Assembly: GCA_963699755.1 (NCBI GenBank)
Contig: CAVOVB010000005.1
Coordinates: 128,001-192,000 of the forward strand
Direction: 5' to 3'
Length of the DNA: 64,000 nt
DNA from: an uncultured delta proteobacterium
GTDB taxonomy: Bacteria; Myxococcota_A; Polyangia; Polyangiales; Houyiibacteriaceae
Part shown: in pieces, positions 47,948 through 58,716 of the stretch
Numbering within the stretch: the stretch's first letter is position 1
Layout: each line of letters opens with the position of its first letter
Program-made: the position numbers and the translations under genes
Notes under the pieces: model-generated
Told to the model about the DNA's origin: nothing
Database searches by the model: none
Seen by the model: the letters and a program-made list of their open reading frames with translations, nothing else

Positions 47948-49263
47948 GCCGCGCCTAGCACGCTTCGCGGGTTGCTGCGAACGTCGCTTGCGGGAGAACG
48001 AACGCTAGCCGGCCGCCGCAAGACGAACAGCAAGAGTGCGAAGAAAGGTAGGATGGGGCTGCGATATCTCGACAGGGTTCCAAGGTTGGTGGACGCGAGT
48101 CCTACCGCGATGCCAAACGAGACCACGAACACGATACAGAAGACCAGAAACGGATCATCCATGATCTGTCGACGAATAGCCCCGAGGTTCCGCGTGAGAA
48201 GGATTCGGGCGAACAACACCGTGAGCACCGTGGTCTCGAGGGCATTGGCGAGCATCAGCAGACCGCGCGCCTCGAAGATGACGGGGCGAAAAAGAGATGT
48301 CAGGAGCGCCACCGGTGCGTATACGAGCTGGGCGCCAAGCGTAGTTGGAATCTCGGCGCCCAATGCGTAGTTGCTGCCGGCGCGCAAACCCCGACCAACC
48401 TGCTGAAGCTCATAGGTGTGGATGCTGAAAGTGTCTGCAGCGTACTCGGGGAACTGCTGGCCGAGTAAGACGATACCGCCGACTCCAAGTGCGGAGGCGA
48501 TTGCGAAGGCGGCGGGGCGAATGCGAAGCCGGCCGCGCCTAAGACTGCGCGCCCAGTAGTACCAACTGCCCACGGCGAGAACGAGCGGAAACATGATGTA
48601 AGGCTTGATGAGCATGATCGGTATGGCGCCGAGCCCCATGAGCACCCAGCCTGGAACCGCACGGCCCTCACCAATCCAAAGATGAACGCCATAGAGAATC
48701 CAGCCGAAGCCAGCGACTGCTACGGCCTCTTTGATCAAGCCCGAAGACCAGAATACGAATGACGGTACGAAAAGCGTCGCGATCGCCACGGGCCAACGGA
48801 GCGTCGGATCGACGTTCGCGCGAAAGGCGCGGTACATCGCGAGCTTTCCGCATAGCGACAACATCGCGAAGGCGATGCATGTGGCGTATTTCGACGGACC
48901 AATGAGATAGAACGACCAGGCAGCCAGCGCTGACATGGAACCGGTAGCTGTCCCCGCGCCGATGATTGTCATTGGAAGATGGGGTAATCCGTGAAGCAAT
49001 AGCGTCGTCACCTCCGGGATGACGTGAAGCGGGTCCCGCTCCATCATCCGCGCCAGGATCTCCCCGTAGCTGAAGTACAAGAACATGTCGCTGCTGCCGT
49101 AAAAGCTCAAAACGATCGGCACCTGCGAACAGGCGAAGCCGAAGTGCATGAAGAACGTGGCGGTCACCCATTTTCGCTCGCGGCGCGAGAGACCCACGGA
49201 GGAGAGCGCGACGAGGACGGCGCCCGCCACCGTCACGAGTAATACAGGAAGAAGTTCGTTCAT
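47944..49263 (-). CDS. Polytopic membrane protein, probable Wzy polymerase
   Basis: About 11 TM segments; PSFVFWSSGLIKE, LFRP and N.GTLSRYR; located inside the glycan locus. Confidence 0.6.
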   Translation of the reverse strand: MNELLPVLLVTVAGAVLVALSSVGLSRRERKWVTATFFMHFGFACSQVPIVLSFYGSSDMFLYFSYGEILARMMERDPLHVIPEVTTLLLHGLPHLPMTIIGAGTATGSMSALAAWSFYLIGPSKYATCIAFAMLSLCGKLAMYRAFRANVDPTLRWPVAIATLFVPSFVFWSSGLIKEAVAVAGFGWILYGVHLWIGEGRAVPGWVLMGLGAIPIMLIKPYIMFPLVLAVGSWYYWARSLRRGRLRIRPAAFAIASALGVGGIVLLGQQFPEYAADTFSIHTYELQQVGRGLRAGSNYALGAEIPTTLGAQLVYAPVALLTSLFRPVIFEARGLLMLANALETTVLTVLFARILLTRNLGAIRRQIMDDPFLVFCIVFVVSFGIAVGLASTNLGTLSRYRSPILPFFALLLFVLRRPASVRSPASDVRSNPRSVLGAA

Positions 49264-49293
49264 CGCTCCATCGTCAATCTAGTACCGTCTGAC

Positions 49294-51237
49294 CTACACC
49301 TCGAGATGCCTGCGGTTGGCCTGCCACCAGGACTGGAACATCAAGATAGCCCAGAGCCGGTGCTCGTGGTTCCCGCGCCCCGCTTGGTGTGCTTTCCAAG
49401 TATCGGTCACGACGTCAGGCTCGAAGATGCCCCCCTCTTCGAGTCGATTCTCATCCAGCAAATCCGCGGCCCAGTCCTCGAGGGGACCGCGGAGCCATTG
49501 CCCCACGGGCACCCCGAACCCAGTCTTCGGTCGGTCGAAAAGACTTGGTGGAACGTGTCGAGCGAGAACCTGCCGCAAGATCCACTTCTGGGTCCGGCCC
49601 CGGATCTTCCATTTCAGCGGAAGTCTCCAGGCGAATTCCACGACCTCGTGGTCGAGCAGTGGGACGCGCGTCTCGAGGGATACGGCCATGGAAGCTCGGT
49701 CGACTTTCGTGAGAATGTCGTCAGGCAGATACCTGATCAGGTCGTAGAACATCATCTGCTGCACGAACGAGCCGTCGAAGCCATCGATCGCGACTCGGGT
49801 GTCCAGCACCCTGGCACCGGCCATCACCTGGGCTGGATCGGTCCAATGAGACCGAAGTCGCTCGTAGAATTCACGCGGCGTCTGGACCTCAGCAAGCGTG
49901 GCGACCTTGTACAGCTTGTCCCCCGGAAGCCTGAGCACCTCGCCCAATCCCAGGGCGCGGAACGCTCGGTCCCAGTCGTCGACCCGGAGCAGTCGGAGGG
50001 CTCCAAACGCGTTCTTAGCGCCCCTAGGGAGACGATTGGCAAGCTCCCAGAGCCGCGGAGCCCAAGCGTGGCGGTTGTACCCCGCGAAGAGCTCATCACC
50101 ACCATCGCCCGAGAGTGACACCTTGACGTGCGCGCGGGTGAGTCGCGACACGAGGAAGGTCGGGATCTGCGAAGAGTCCGCAAACGGCTCATCCCAATGA
50201 TGCGCTACCTCTGGGACCACGGCCAACATGTCAGAGGGGTCGGCGATCAGAGTGTGGTGCTCGCAGCGCAAGTGTGCGGCGACAGCTTTCGCGTGGCTCG
50301 ACTCGTCGTATCCGGAAACGGTGTTTCCGATGCAGAAGGTCCTCACCGGTTTCGAAGCACCCTGCTGCATCATCGCCACGACCGTGGACGAGTCGATGCC
50401 TCCGGATAGGAACGCTCCAAACGGCACATCGGAGCGCATACGCAGAGCAACCGATTGTTGGATCAGCCTCTCGAGCTCGTCGATCGCATCTTCTTGGCTT
50501 CCCTCGAAGGGATCCGCCAGCCCCTTGGACGCGACTTCTCCTGCGTCCCAGAAACTCTCAGCCGTACCCATGCTCTGAGGTCTGTCGAACTGGACAATCG
50601 TCCCTGGCTTCACCTTCTGAACTCCCTCCACGATGCACTCGTTGTCAGGGACAACACCGAATCGAAGAAAAGAGGCTAGAGCCGAGCGGTCGAGCCGCGG
50701 CTTAAATGTCGGGAGCTCGTAGAGCGCCTGGAGCTCGGAGGCGAACGCGATACCGAAGCTGCCTTTCACGTATAAGAGAGGCTTAATTCCGAGGCGATCT
50801 CGGACGAGGGACAGACGCCGCGTTTCGCCGTCCCAGAGCGCGAAGGCAAACATGCCGCGGAACTGCTCTAGAGCCCTTCGAACGCCGAAAGCCTCAACCG
50901 CCTCAAGCAGCACCTCTGTGTCGGAGTGCCCTCGCCATTCGATACGAAACCCTCGACGTTCGAGGTCAGCCCGAATTTCCGGCGCGTTGTAAACCTCCCC
51001 GTTGAAGGTGATGCAATAACGACCTGAATGTGACCACATCGGTTGTTGACCCCGCTCGCTGAGGTCGAGGATCGACAACCTTCGGTGCCCGAAGCCGATG
51101 CCCGTCTCACCATCGAAGAAGATTCCGGACGCATCCGGACCACGATGAGCGAGCGTTTCCGCCATTCGCTCGATCCAATGCCGGACATTCTGCTCGGCGG
51201 CCGAACCCGCGAACCACAATCCCGTTATCCCGCACAT
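49294..51237 (-). CDS. asnB: Asparagine synthase (glutamine-hydrolysing)-like amidotransferase, glycan-locus type
   Basis: MCGITG, HRRLSILD, FNGEVYN, LSGGIDSS, SGDGGDELF and KVDRASM. Confidence 0.92.
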   Translation of the reverse strand: MCGITGLWFAGSAAEQNVRHWIERMAETLAHRGPDASGIFFDGETGIGFGHRRLSILDLSERGQQPMWSHSGRYCITFNGEVYNAPEIRADLERRGFRIEWRGHSDTEVLLEAVEAFGVRRALEQFRGMFAFALWDGETRRLSLVRDRLGIKPLLYVKGSFGIAFASELQALYELPTFKPRLDRSALASFLRFGVVPDNECIVEGVQKVKPGTIVQFDRPQSMGTAESFWDAGEVASKGLADPFEGSQEDAIDELERLIQQSVALRMRSDVPFGAFLSGGIDSSTVVAMMQQGASKPVRTFCIGNTVSGYDESSHAKAVAAHLRCEHHTLIADPSDMLAVVPEVAHHWDEPFADSSQIPTFLVSRLTRAHVKVSLSGDGGDELFAGYNRHAWAPRLWELANRLPRGAKNAFGALRLLRVDDWDRAFRALGLGEVLRLPGDKLYKVATLAEVQTPREFYERLRSHWTDPAQVMAGARVLDTRVAIDGFDGSFVQQMMFYDLIRYLPDDILTKVDRASMAVSLETRVPLLDHEVVEFAWRLPLKWKIRGRTQKWILRQVLARHVPPSLFDRPKTGFGVPVGQWLRGPLEDWAADLLDENRLEEGGIFEPDVVTDTWKAHQAGRGNHEHRLWAILMFQSWWQANRRHLEV

Positions 51238-51368
51238 GTCGGTTGGTAGCCCCTCGAAGCAGCCCACTACTTCACAATGGCTCGAACATAGCTGCATCCA
51301 GACCAATGGGCACGCCCAGCAAATTGGGGCTTTGAGTCGGCTACACGGATGGTCTAGCCTCCGCACGC

Positions 51369-52478
51369 ATGCGATTTGTCCACGTCGTCGGGGCGAGACC
51401 GAACTTCATGAAGATCGCGCCCATCATGAGGGCTCTCGCGAAACACCGCGGCGTGGAGCAGCTGCTGGTTCACACGGGCCAGCACTACGACCCAAAGATG
51501 TCACAGGTCTTCTTCGACGACCTCGAGCTTGCCCCCCCAGACGTCGAGCTCGGCATTGGCTCGGACCGGCATGGCACACAGACCGGTCGCATGATGATCG
51601 CGCTGGATCGCGCGTTCACCGAGCTTCAGCCCGACTGCGTAGTCGTAGTAGGCGACGTTGATTCGACCGTGGCCGCGGCTCTTGCGGCGGTGAAGCTCAG
51701 GATCCCGTGCGCCCACGTCGAGGCTGGTCTTCGCTCGTTTGACCGGTCGATGCCGGAAGAAATAAACCGCATCATCACTGACGGAGTCGCCGATCTGCTG
51801 CTCACTCCGTCCGCCGACGCGGACGCAAACCTGTTGGCCGAAGGGATCCCATCCACGGCGATACATCGGGTCGGGAACGTCATGATCGATACGCTTCTGA
51901 TGCACCTAGAGAGCGCAAGAGCGCGGCCAACGCTCGATTCTTTTGGGGTGACGCCGCAAGCCTATGCACTCGCGACATTGCATCGCCGCTCGAACGTGGA
52001 CAGTCCCATCGTTCTGGAGGGGTTACTTGGCGCACTCGAATGGATCCAAGAAAGGATTCCGGTCGTCATGCCGCTTCACCCGCGAACCAGAAAGCGCCTC
52101 GAGGACCTTTCGTTGATCGGCAGGGCGAACGCAATGCCGGGTCTCCATCTGAGCGAACCTCTCGGCTACCTCGACTTCCTCTCTTTGACTGCAGCTGCGA
52201 AATTCGTCTTGACCGATTCGGGCGGGCTTCAGGAGGAAACCACGGCGCTAGGTGTTCCCTGCCTCACGATGCGTCCGACCACAGAGCGCCCTGCGACGGT
52301 TTCGGTGGGAACAAACATCGTCGTGGGCTCCGACCCGCACGCAATTCGGCAGAGAGTCGCAGAGCTTCTCGCCGGTCGCGGAAAAACCGGGGCGGTTCCC
52401 GAGCTCTGGGATGGGCAGGCGAGTCACCGTGCCGCCGAGGTCTTGGTCGACCACGTCCGCCGCGTCTCCAAAGGCTGA
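51369..52478 (+). CDS. wecB: Non-hydrolysing UDP-GlcNAc 2-epimerase, copy 2
   Basis: VGARPNFMKIAP, HTGQHYD, HVEAGLRS and TDSGGLQEET. Confidence 0.92.
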   Translation: MRFVHVVGARPNFMKIAPIMRALAKHRGVEQLLVHTGQHYDPKMSQVFFDDLELAPPDVELGIGSDRHGTQTGRMMIALDRAFTELQPDCVVVVGDVDSTVAAALAAVKLRIPCAHVEAGLRSFDRSMPEEINRIITDGVADLLLTPSADADANLLAEGIPSTAIHRVGNVMIDTLLMHLESARARPTLDSFGVTPQAYALATLHRRSNVDSPIVLEGLLGALEWIQERIPVVMPLHPRTRKRLEDLSLIGRANAMPGLHLSEPLGYLDFLSLTAAAKFVLTDSGGLQEETTALGVPCLTMRPTTERPATVSVGTNIVVGSDPHAIRQRVAELLAGRGKTGAVPELWDGQASHRAAEVLVDHVRRVSKG

Positions 52479-52481
52479 CCG

Positions 52482-53999
52482 TTGTCTACACGGCTGAGAA
52501 ATCTCGGAGAGCGCTTGAAGGTCGGCGCGCAGTGGTCGAGCGCCGAGATTCTACTGAGCGTCCCAATCCGGCTCGGCACCTTGGCCATCCTAGCTCGAAT
52601 GCTGACGCCGACCGAGTTCGGGGTATTTGCCGCGGGAGTGACCGTCATCGAGTTTGCCCGTCCGATGAGCACTCTCTGCATGGACCACGCGCTGGTTCAG
52701 AGTAGGACGCTTACGGCAGAAAGCATCGCGTTTGCGTCGGCCTTCGCACTAGGGCTCTCTTTAGCCGTCGCGGCTGTGATCGCCCTCAACGCAAACATGG
52801 TCCTCTTGCTATATGACGACCCGCAGGTGCCCGGCCTGCTCGTGGGACTGGCCTGGTCGGTGCCTCTCGCCGCCGTGTCCAGTCTACTGCTCGCGATCTT
52901 GCGGCGAGATTTGGCCTTTCGAGCGCTATCCATCATTGCCCTTCTCTCCTCCACCATCGCATCACTGACCACAGTCGTCCTAGCCGTGGCAGGCTGGGGT
53001 ATCTGGGCGCTGGTCGCGGGCTACTACACCGACCTCGCGCTCAAAGTTATCTTCGCAGGCTTGCTGGTTCGCCCAGGGTTCGTCCGCCTCCGGATCGGCC
53101 AAGAGACCCGTCGTATGCTGCGGTTCGGGGCTGGCAGCACGCTCTCGTTGATGCTGAATTTCTGGGCCCTCCACGGCGACTACGTAGTCATTGGCAGTGT
53201 GCTCGGTTCGAAGCCCCTCGGATACTACAGCCGCTCCTATCAGCTGATCTCCACCGTCCCGGGCATGCTCGGCCGCCTGCAGAGCATGGTCCTTTTTCCA
53301 GCGTTCTCCCGCGCACAAAGCGATCGGAGCTATCTGGCGAAAGCTTTGCGCGTTGGCACCGAGGCCACCGCCGCCTTTACACTTCCTTTGTGTGCCTGGG
53401 GTTTGGTCCTCGGGCCGGAGACTATCTTCGTGTTGCTGGGACCCGGCTGGGAGGAGGCCGTCGTTCCGTTCCAGATCCTCGCGCTGGGTCTCTACTTCCG
53501 CTCGACGCAGAGTTTTGCTGCGAGCATCATCTTGGCGACCGGTCACGTGTTCTCGTTTTCCGCAATTCAGGGAATCTACGCGGTTCTGATCGTCGCTGGC
53601 GGACTGTTCGGAGCTCAATGGGGAATCGCGGGCGTCGCCATGGCCACACTCCTGGCACTGTTCGTTTTCTATTTCCTACTGTACGGACTTGCGGCTTGGG
53701 TGAGCGGTGCGTCGCTGTGGTCTCTTCCTCGTGTTCACGTTGGTCCCGTGCTAGTCTTCGCCATCGTCATCGTGACCGCCGCGCTCGGACGGACCTGGCT
53801 CCGGGCTCTCGACTCGCCGCCAATCGCTGTCCTGATCGGCAGCGTTGCGCTGGGTGTCGTTGCCTTGATCGGTCTGACCCGGCTGCTCAAGAGCCGCCTC
53901 TGGGGAGACTTTCTCTACCAACACGGGCTGAGCGCGCTGGGGCTGAGCCTACCCGCAACGGACGCTGCGAACCAGGAGCACGATGACATCGAGACCTGA
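52482..53999 (+). CDS. Wzx (PST family) flippase, second copy
   Basis: LARMLTPTEFG, LGYYSRSYQL and LFPAFS; many TM segments. Confidence 0.9.
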   Translation: MSTRLRNLGERLKVGAQWSSAEILLSVPIRLGTLAILARMLTPTEFGVFAAGVTVIEFARPMSTLCMDHALVQSRTLTAESIAFASAFALGLSLAVAAVIALNANMVLLLYDDPQVPGLLVGLAWSVPLAAVSSLLLAILRRDLAFRALSIIALLSSTIASLTTVVLAVAGWGIWALVAGYYTDLALKVIFAGLLVRPGFVRLRIGQETRRMLRFGAGSTLSLMLNFWALHGDYVVIGSVLGSKPLGYYSRSYQLISTVPGMLGRLQSMVLFPAFSRAQSDRSYLAKALRVGTEATAAFTLPLCAWGLVLGPETIFVLLGPGWEEAVVPFQILALGLYFRSTQSFAASIILATGHVFSFSAIQGIYAVLIVAGGLFGAQWGIAGVAMATLLALFVFYFLLYGLAAWVSGASLWSLPRVHVGPVLVFAIVIVTAALGRTWLRALDSPPIAVLIGSVALGVVALIGLTRLLKSRLWGDFLYQHGLSALGLSLPATDAANQEHDDIET

Positions 54000-56463
54000 G
54001 CTGGAGCTCAGCCATCCTATTGGCTCGCATCTCCCGATCGCCGCCGATACTGCGACCCTCTGCGCGCTCGTCCTCATCGGACCGCAGCTCTTCGGAGGCG
54101 CGTTTCCCTGGTCGGTCTTCGTCATTGTGGGGCTTTCGCTCGTCGCTCTCGCCACGGCGCTCTGGGTGCATCGATCGTCGCCACCCCCCACGATCGATAG
54201 CTTGTTCGTCATGATGGGCGCGGCTTGGCTCTGGACCTGCGTCCAGGCCGTTCCACTGCCTGCAGGGATCGCCCGCGGGCTCGGACTGGCCTCCGTCACG
54301 AACGCTGAGCGCCTGCAAGGGCTTGCTTGGGCGGGTCAGATCCCTCTCACGATCTCCTCCGACCCCGGTTCGACTCAACTCCAAGTCCTAGTTGGGGTCG
54401 CCATCCTCGCCGCATTCCTCGCAGCGAGGATGGGCGGGCCATCCGGACTGAGACCGATCGCGATCGCGACCGTGTTCTCCGCCCTACTCCTTGGCATCGA
54501 GGGCATCGCGCACCGCGCCGCCGGCGCAGATGCTGTTTTTGGGGTCTACGCGCCCAGATTCGTCAAACCGCAATTGCTGACCCCATTGATGAACGGCAAC
54601 CACCTCGGTGGCCTTGCCTTGATGGGTGCATTGATCGCCGCCGGGCTTGCCGCACAAAAGCGCGATGGACGATCCAGGCTTGCCTGGGCGATTGGCTCCG
54701 GCATCTGCGCGAGCATCGTCGCCCTCACTTTCTCCCGTGGTGCCATTGGGAGCCTGCTCTTCGGTGTCATCTTGTTCGCAGCCTGGCTCGTCCGAGGCGC
54801 GCGATCTGAACGCCGTAGCGCGACCATCCCCGCCGGCGTAGTTGGAGCGGCCACCGTCGGTGTCCTGACGTTCGCAAGCCTGGAACCGATACTAAGTCGC
54901 TTCGAGACCCAAGGTTTCGACAAGCTTGCGGTCGCTGGTCGCGGCTTGCGACTGTTGCATGGCTCGGCGTGGTGGCTCGGAATCGGTCGAGGGGCTTTCT
55001 CTTCCGCCTTCGTGGCCGAAGAGGGGTCCTTGGCGCGCTATACGCACCCAGAAAACATCCTGGTCCAGTGGACCACTGAATGGGGCGTACCGGTGGCGTT
55101 TGCGCTGCTCTTGGTCTTGGCACTCGCGTTGTGGAAGCGACTGCGCGCTGCGGAGCAACCGCTGGTGGCCGGAACCTGTATCGCAATTCTGGCCTTGAGC
55201 GTTCAGAATCTGGTCGATTTCAGCCTCGAGATGGCCGGCATCGCCGCGATCGCCGCAGCCCTGCTGGGTGCGCTCTTGCCCGCGTCGAGCGAGTCGCGTT
55301 CGACCCCATCCCTACGGCTGTCCGCACTCATTCTCGTCGCCTTCACTTTGATTTCGGGAGTCATGGGGACCCGGAGCCTCGGCTATGACACGCAATCGAT
55401 CGTCGATCGGCTGACACGAGCCATGCAATCCGACGACGAAAAGGAGTTTCAGTCCACTCTACACCGGGGACTCGCGCTTCACCCCGGTGAGCCGGCGTTC
55501 GCACTTTTGGCGGGCACGTACGCCGGATCGAAAGGGTACGTGGACGCGCCGCGCTGGTTGGGGGTCGTGATGCAAGAAGCCCCGGGCTGGGCGGCTCCAC
55601 ACGTGGTGGCTGCACAGTGGCTCTTGGACAAAGGGCGGCTCGACCAAGCGTTACTCGAGATCCGCCAGGCAGAAGAACGACAGCCCGGCAGCGCCACGAT
55701 CGTTTCGTGCGAAGCGCTCACTCGCTTCCCGAAGATCGAACACCTCGAGCAAGCCGCACCGCGCGCGGACCTGCGTGTACCCTACCTGGACCGGACCTCC
55801 GCCTGCCCCGCGCTGTCTGCCGAGCTACGCGCTGAGATCGACGCTGCGATCTTGCAGAGCGAGCCGACGCGAGCATCGGCGGTCCTGCGTGAAGCGCGCC
55901 GACTCAGTGCCCAAAGACGGTCGGGCGAGGCCAAGGCGCTCCTCGAACATGCGGTCGAGCGTCACCCCGAAAACGTCAGCCTTTGGGTCACGATCATCGG
56001 AGCGCATCTGCGCGACGGGGAGGTCGAGTCCTCGAGATTGGCTCTGACCCGGGCAAGGTCGAGGGGCCTCGACAGTCGGGCATTGACGGAGGCCCAGGCA
56101 CGCATCGAGGCCGCGCTCGGCGAGACCGCCAAGATGAGGGCCACGATTACGCGCCTCCGCGGGCAGTCCCGAGGCGAGGCATCTCTGGTCGCCGCGTCCT
56201 TCATCTTGGAGGGGCAGCTCGAGGCTTCATTAGGGAACATCGACGAGGCTCTCGCGGCTTATCTTGCGGCCGACGTCGCACGCTCGGAGACGGCCGCCCT
56301 GCAATACGCCGCTACCCTCGCGCTCAAGTCGGGACGAGCGACGCAGGCACTGCGCATCTATCGGACGCTCTGCGCCCGTGAGCCTGGTGGATCCGCCTGC
56401 GCCCAGGAGGCGCGGCTTTCGAGTCAACCGAGAGAAGCCCCGCCGAAACGGCCCATGCCTTGA
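53983..56463 (+). CDS. O-antigen ligase/Wzy_C family membrane protein with C-terminal TPR-like region
   Basis: MNGNHLGG, TFSRGA, G.GRGAF, HPEN..VQ...EWG and QNLVDFSLE; Ala/Leu-rich helical C-terminus. Confidence 0.82.
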   Translation: MTSRPELELSHPIGSHLPIAADTATLCALVLIGPQLFGGAFPWSVFVIVGLSLVALATALWVHRSSPPPTIDSLFVMMGAAWLWTCVQAVPLPAGIARGLGLASVTNAERLQGLAWAGQIPLTISSDPGSTQLQVLVGVAILAAFLAARMGGPSGLRPIAIATVFSALLLGIEGIAHRAAGADAVFGVYAPRFVKPQLLTPLMNGNHLGGLALMGALIAAGLAAQKRDGRSRLAWAIGSGICASIVALTFSRGAIGSLLFGVILFAAWLVRGARSERRSATIPAGVVGAATVGVLTFASLEPILSRFETQGFDKLAVAGRGLRLLHGSAWWLGIGRGAFSSAFVAEEGSLARYTHPENILVQWTTEWGVPVAFALLLVLALALWKRLRAAEQPLVAGTCIAILALSVQNLVDFSLEMAGIAAIAAALLGALLPASSESRSTPSLRLSALILVAFTLISGVMGTRSLGYDTQSIVDRLTRAMQSDDEKEFQSTLHRGLALHPGEPAFALLAGTYAGSKGYVDAPRWLGVVMQEAPGWAAPHVVAAQWLLDKGRLDQALLEIRQAEERQPGSATIVSCEALTRFPKIEHLEQAAPRADLRVPYLDRTSACPALSAELRAEIDAAILQSEPTRASAVLREARRLSAQRRSGEAKALLEHAVERHPENVSLWVTIIGAHLRDGEVESSRLALTRARSRGLDSRALTEAQARIEAALGETAKMRATITRLRGQSRGEASLVAASFILEGQLEASLGNIDEALAAYLAADVARSETAALQYAATLALKSGRATQALRIYRTLCAREPGGSACAQEARLSSQPREAPPKRPMP

Positions 56464-56489
56464 CGGTTTCCCCCAGATCGAGAACGCTA

Positions 56490-58716
56490 GTGAACGGGGC
56501 GCGCCATTCAAGAAGTCAGAAAACAAGATCCGTCCGTAGAGGAACCCGAGTTCGACCTTCGCGAGGTCGCCCATGCGCTTTGGGAGTACAAGTGGCTGAT
56601 CGCTGCGATCACCTCGCTGGTGCTGGTGGCGGGAACCGTTTGGACCCTTCGAACCCCGAAGATCTACGAAGCCGCCTCCACGATCGAATACGATCCCAAC
56701 CCCTCGAGGCCGCTCGGCGCAGAAGTCCAGGATGTAGCAGATCCGATCGGAAACTACTGGGCCACGAGGGAGTTTTTCGGCACGCAGAACCTGGTGATCG
56801 CGAGTCGCGATGTTGCGGGACGCGTCGTTCGGAAGCTCGGGCTGCACGAGGATCCCAGCTACCTGACTCAGGACGACGACACACCGAGCGAGACAGGCAA
56901 CGTCGAAGCGACCGCGCTCGCGGTCCAGTCTCGCCTCACCGTGGAGCCCATCCCCGAAACGCGACTCGTGCAAATTTTTGCTCGTGACGTCAAGCCCGAG
57001 CGCGCCAGGCTCATCGCGGACGCCGTAGCTGATGCCTATGTCCAGAAGACGATCGAAGACCGACTCGAATCGACCGATCGCGCCAAGGATTGGCTCGAGA
57101 GCCAGCTCGCGAGCCTTCGCGAAGAGCTCGAGCAGGCAGAGCTTGCGCTGCACAACTTCAAGAAGGGGCACAACGTCTTGTCGGTCTCGATGGAGGACCG
57201 CCAGAACCTCGTCGCGAGCGACGTTCAAACGACGCACGACAAGCTCACCGAAACCCGCAATCGGCGCATCGAGCTCGACGCCCGCCTCAAGCGTCTCAAA
57301 GCGTCGCTCGGCCGTGGGCCTGACAAAATCGACCCGGCGATCATGGCCGATCATGAAGCCCTGCACGCGCTAGCGACTAGCCTTCGAAGCAAGAGGCAAG
57401 AGCACGATGCCTTGGCGGTGAAGTACGGGGAGCAGCACCCCACCATGAAGACGCTCGCTGAAGAGATCGAGGTGCTGGAAGCTCAGCTTGCCGCGGAGAA
57501 GCGAGAAATCATCGCCTCCGCCGAATTCGACGTACGCCAGGCCATTGCGGTCGAGCAGGGCCTCCGCGCGGCAGCCGGAGAAGCGCACTCGGCAGGCCTG
57601 GACCTGAACCTGCGCGAGATCGAGTATCGGCGCCTCAACCACGACCGAGACAACAAGACGAAGCTCTTCGAAATGGTCTTGCAGCGACTCACGGAAACCG
57701 ACCTCACCCGGATGCTCAAAACGACACATGTTCGGGTCCTCGATCGCGCGCTGCTCCCAGTTACGCCGGTGAGCCCGAACCTCGTCAAGAACATCGGTAG
57801 CTCTTTGCTGGTGGGTCTCTTGCTCGGTCTCGCAGCGGCCTTCTTTGCAAGTCAGCTCGATCGAACGGTTCGTTCCGTCGAATCGGTGGAGGGGCTTGGG
57901 ATCGAAGTGCTCGGAGTCATCCCACACTTGACGACTTCGGAAACAGGAGCCAAGGCCGGCTCCCGGTGGGGTCCCAAACAGGTCAGCCCGGCGACGACGA
58001 GAGAAGAGCTCATCGTCATCGATGAACCGATGTCCCCAGCGGCGGAGACCTTTCGCATGATCCGCACGAATCTGGCGTTCATGTCACCCGACGCCCCGTT
58101 GCGAAGCTTCGTGGTCACGAGCGCGCTGCCGGTCGAGGGGAAGACCACGATAGCGAGCAACCTGGCGATCAGCTTGGCGCAATTCGGGCGCTCGGTGCTG
58201 TTGGTCGACTCGGACTTGCGGCGACCTAGGCTTCACGGCGTCCTCGAAGTCGACAATAACATTGGTCTCACCTCGCTGGTCCAGGGCCGTAGTACGCTGA
58301 GCGCAACCCTACACAAGACGAAGATCGAGGGGCTGAGCGTGTTGACCTCGGGGCCCATCCCACCCAACCCATCGGAGCTCCTCCACTCCGCTGCCTTTGG
58401 CCGGACCAAGGAAGAGCTGTTGCAGCACTTCGACTATGTCCTTTTCGATAGTCCGCCCATGGGTGCTGTGACCGACGCGGCAATCCTAGCGCCGCAGGTT
58501 GATGGCGTGCTGCTCGTCATCCGAGCCGGCACGAGCACCCTGCATGCGGTCGTGGGGGCTCGGAAGCAGCTGAACAGTGTTTCTGCACGACTGCTCGGCG
58601 CAGTCCTGAACGACGCCGACCTGAGGATCAAAGGTTATCGCTACGGTGCTGGTTCCTACGCGTACCGAAGCGCGGGTGGATATGCGCCCATCCAAGAAGG
58701 CGCCGACGCCGCCTAG
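56490..58716 (+). CDS. wzc: Wzc-type polysaccharide co-polymerase / BY tyrosine kinase with irregular 5' end
   Basis: The Wzz-like N-terminus EFDLREVAHALWEYKWLI lies in frame upstream of 56620; AETFR.IRTN, Walker A SALPVEGKTT, VDSDLRRP, FDSPP and C-terminal Tyr cluster. No in-frame ATG/GTG/TTG before the first TM; GTG 56490 is one base out of frame. Confidence 0.88.
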
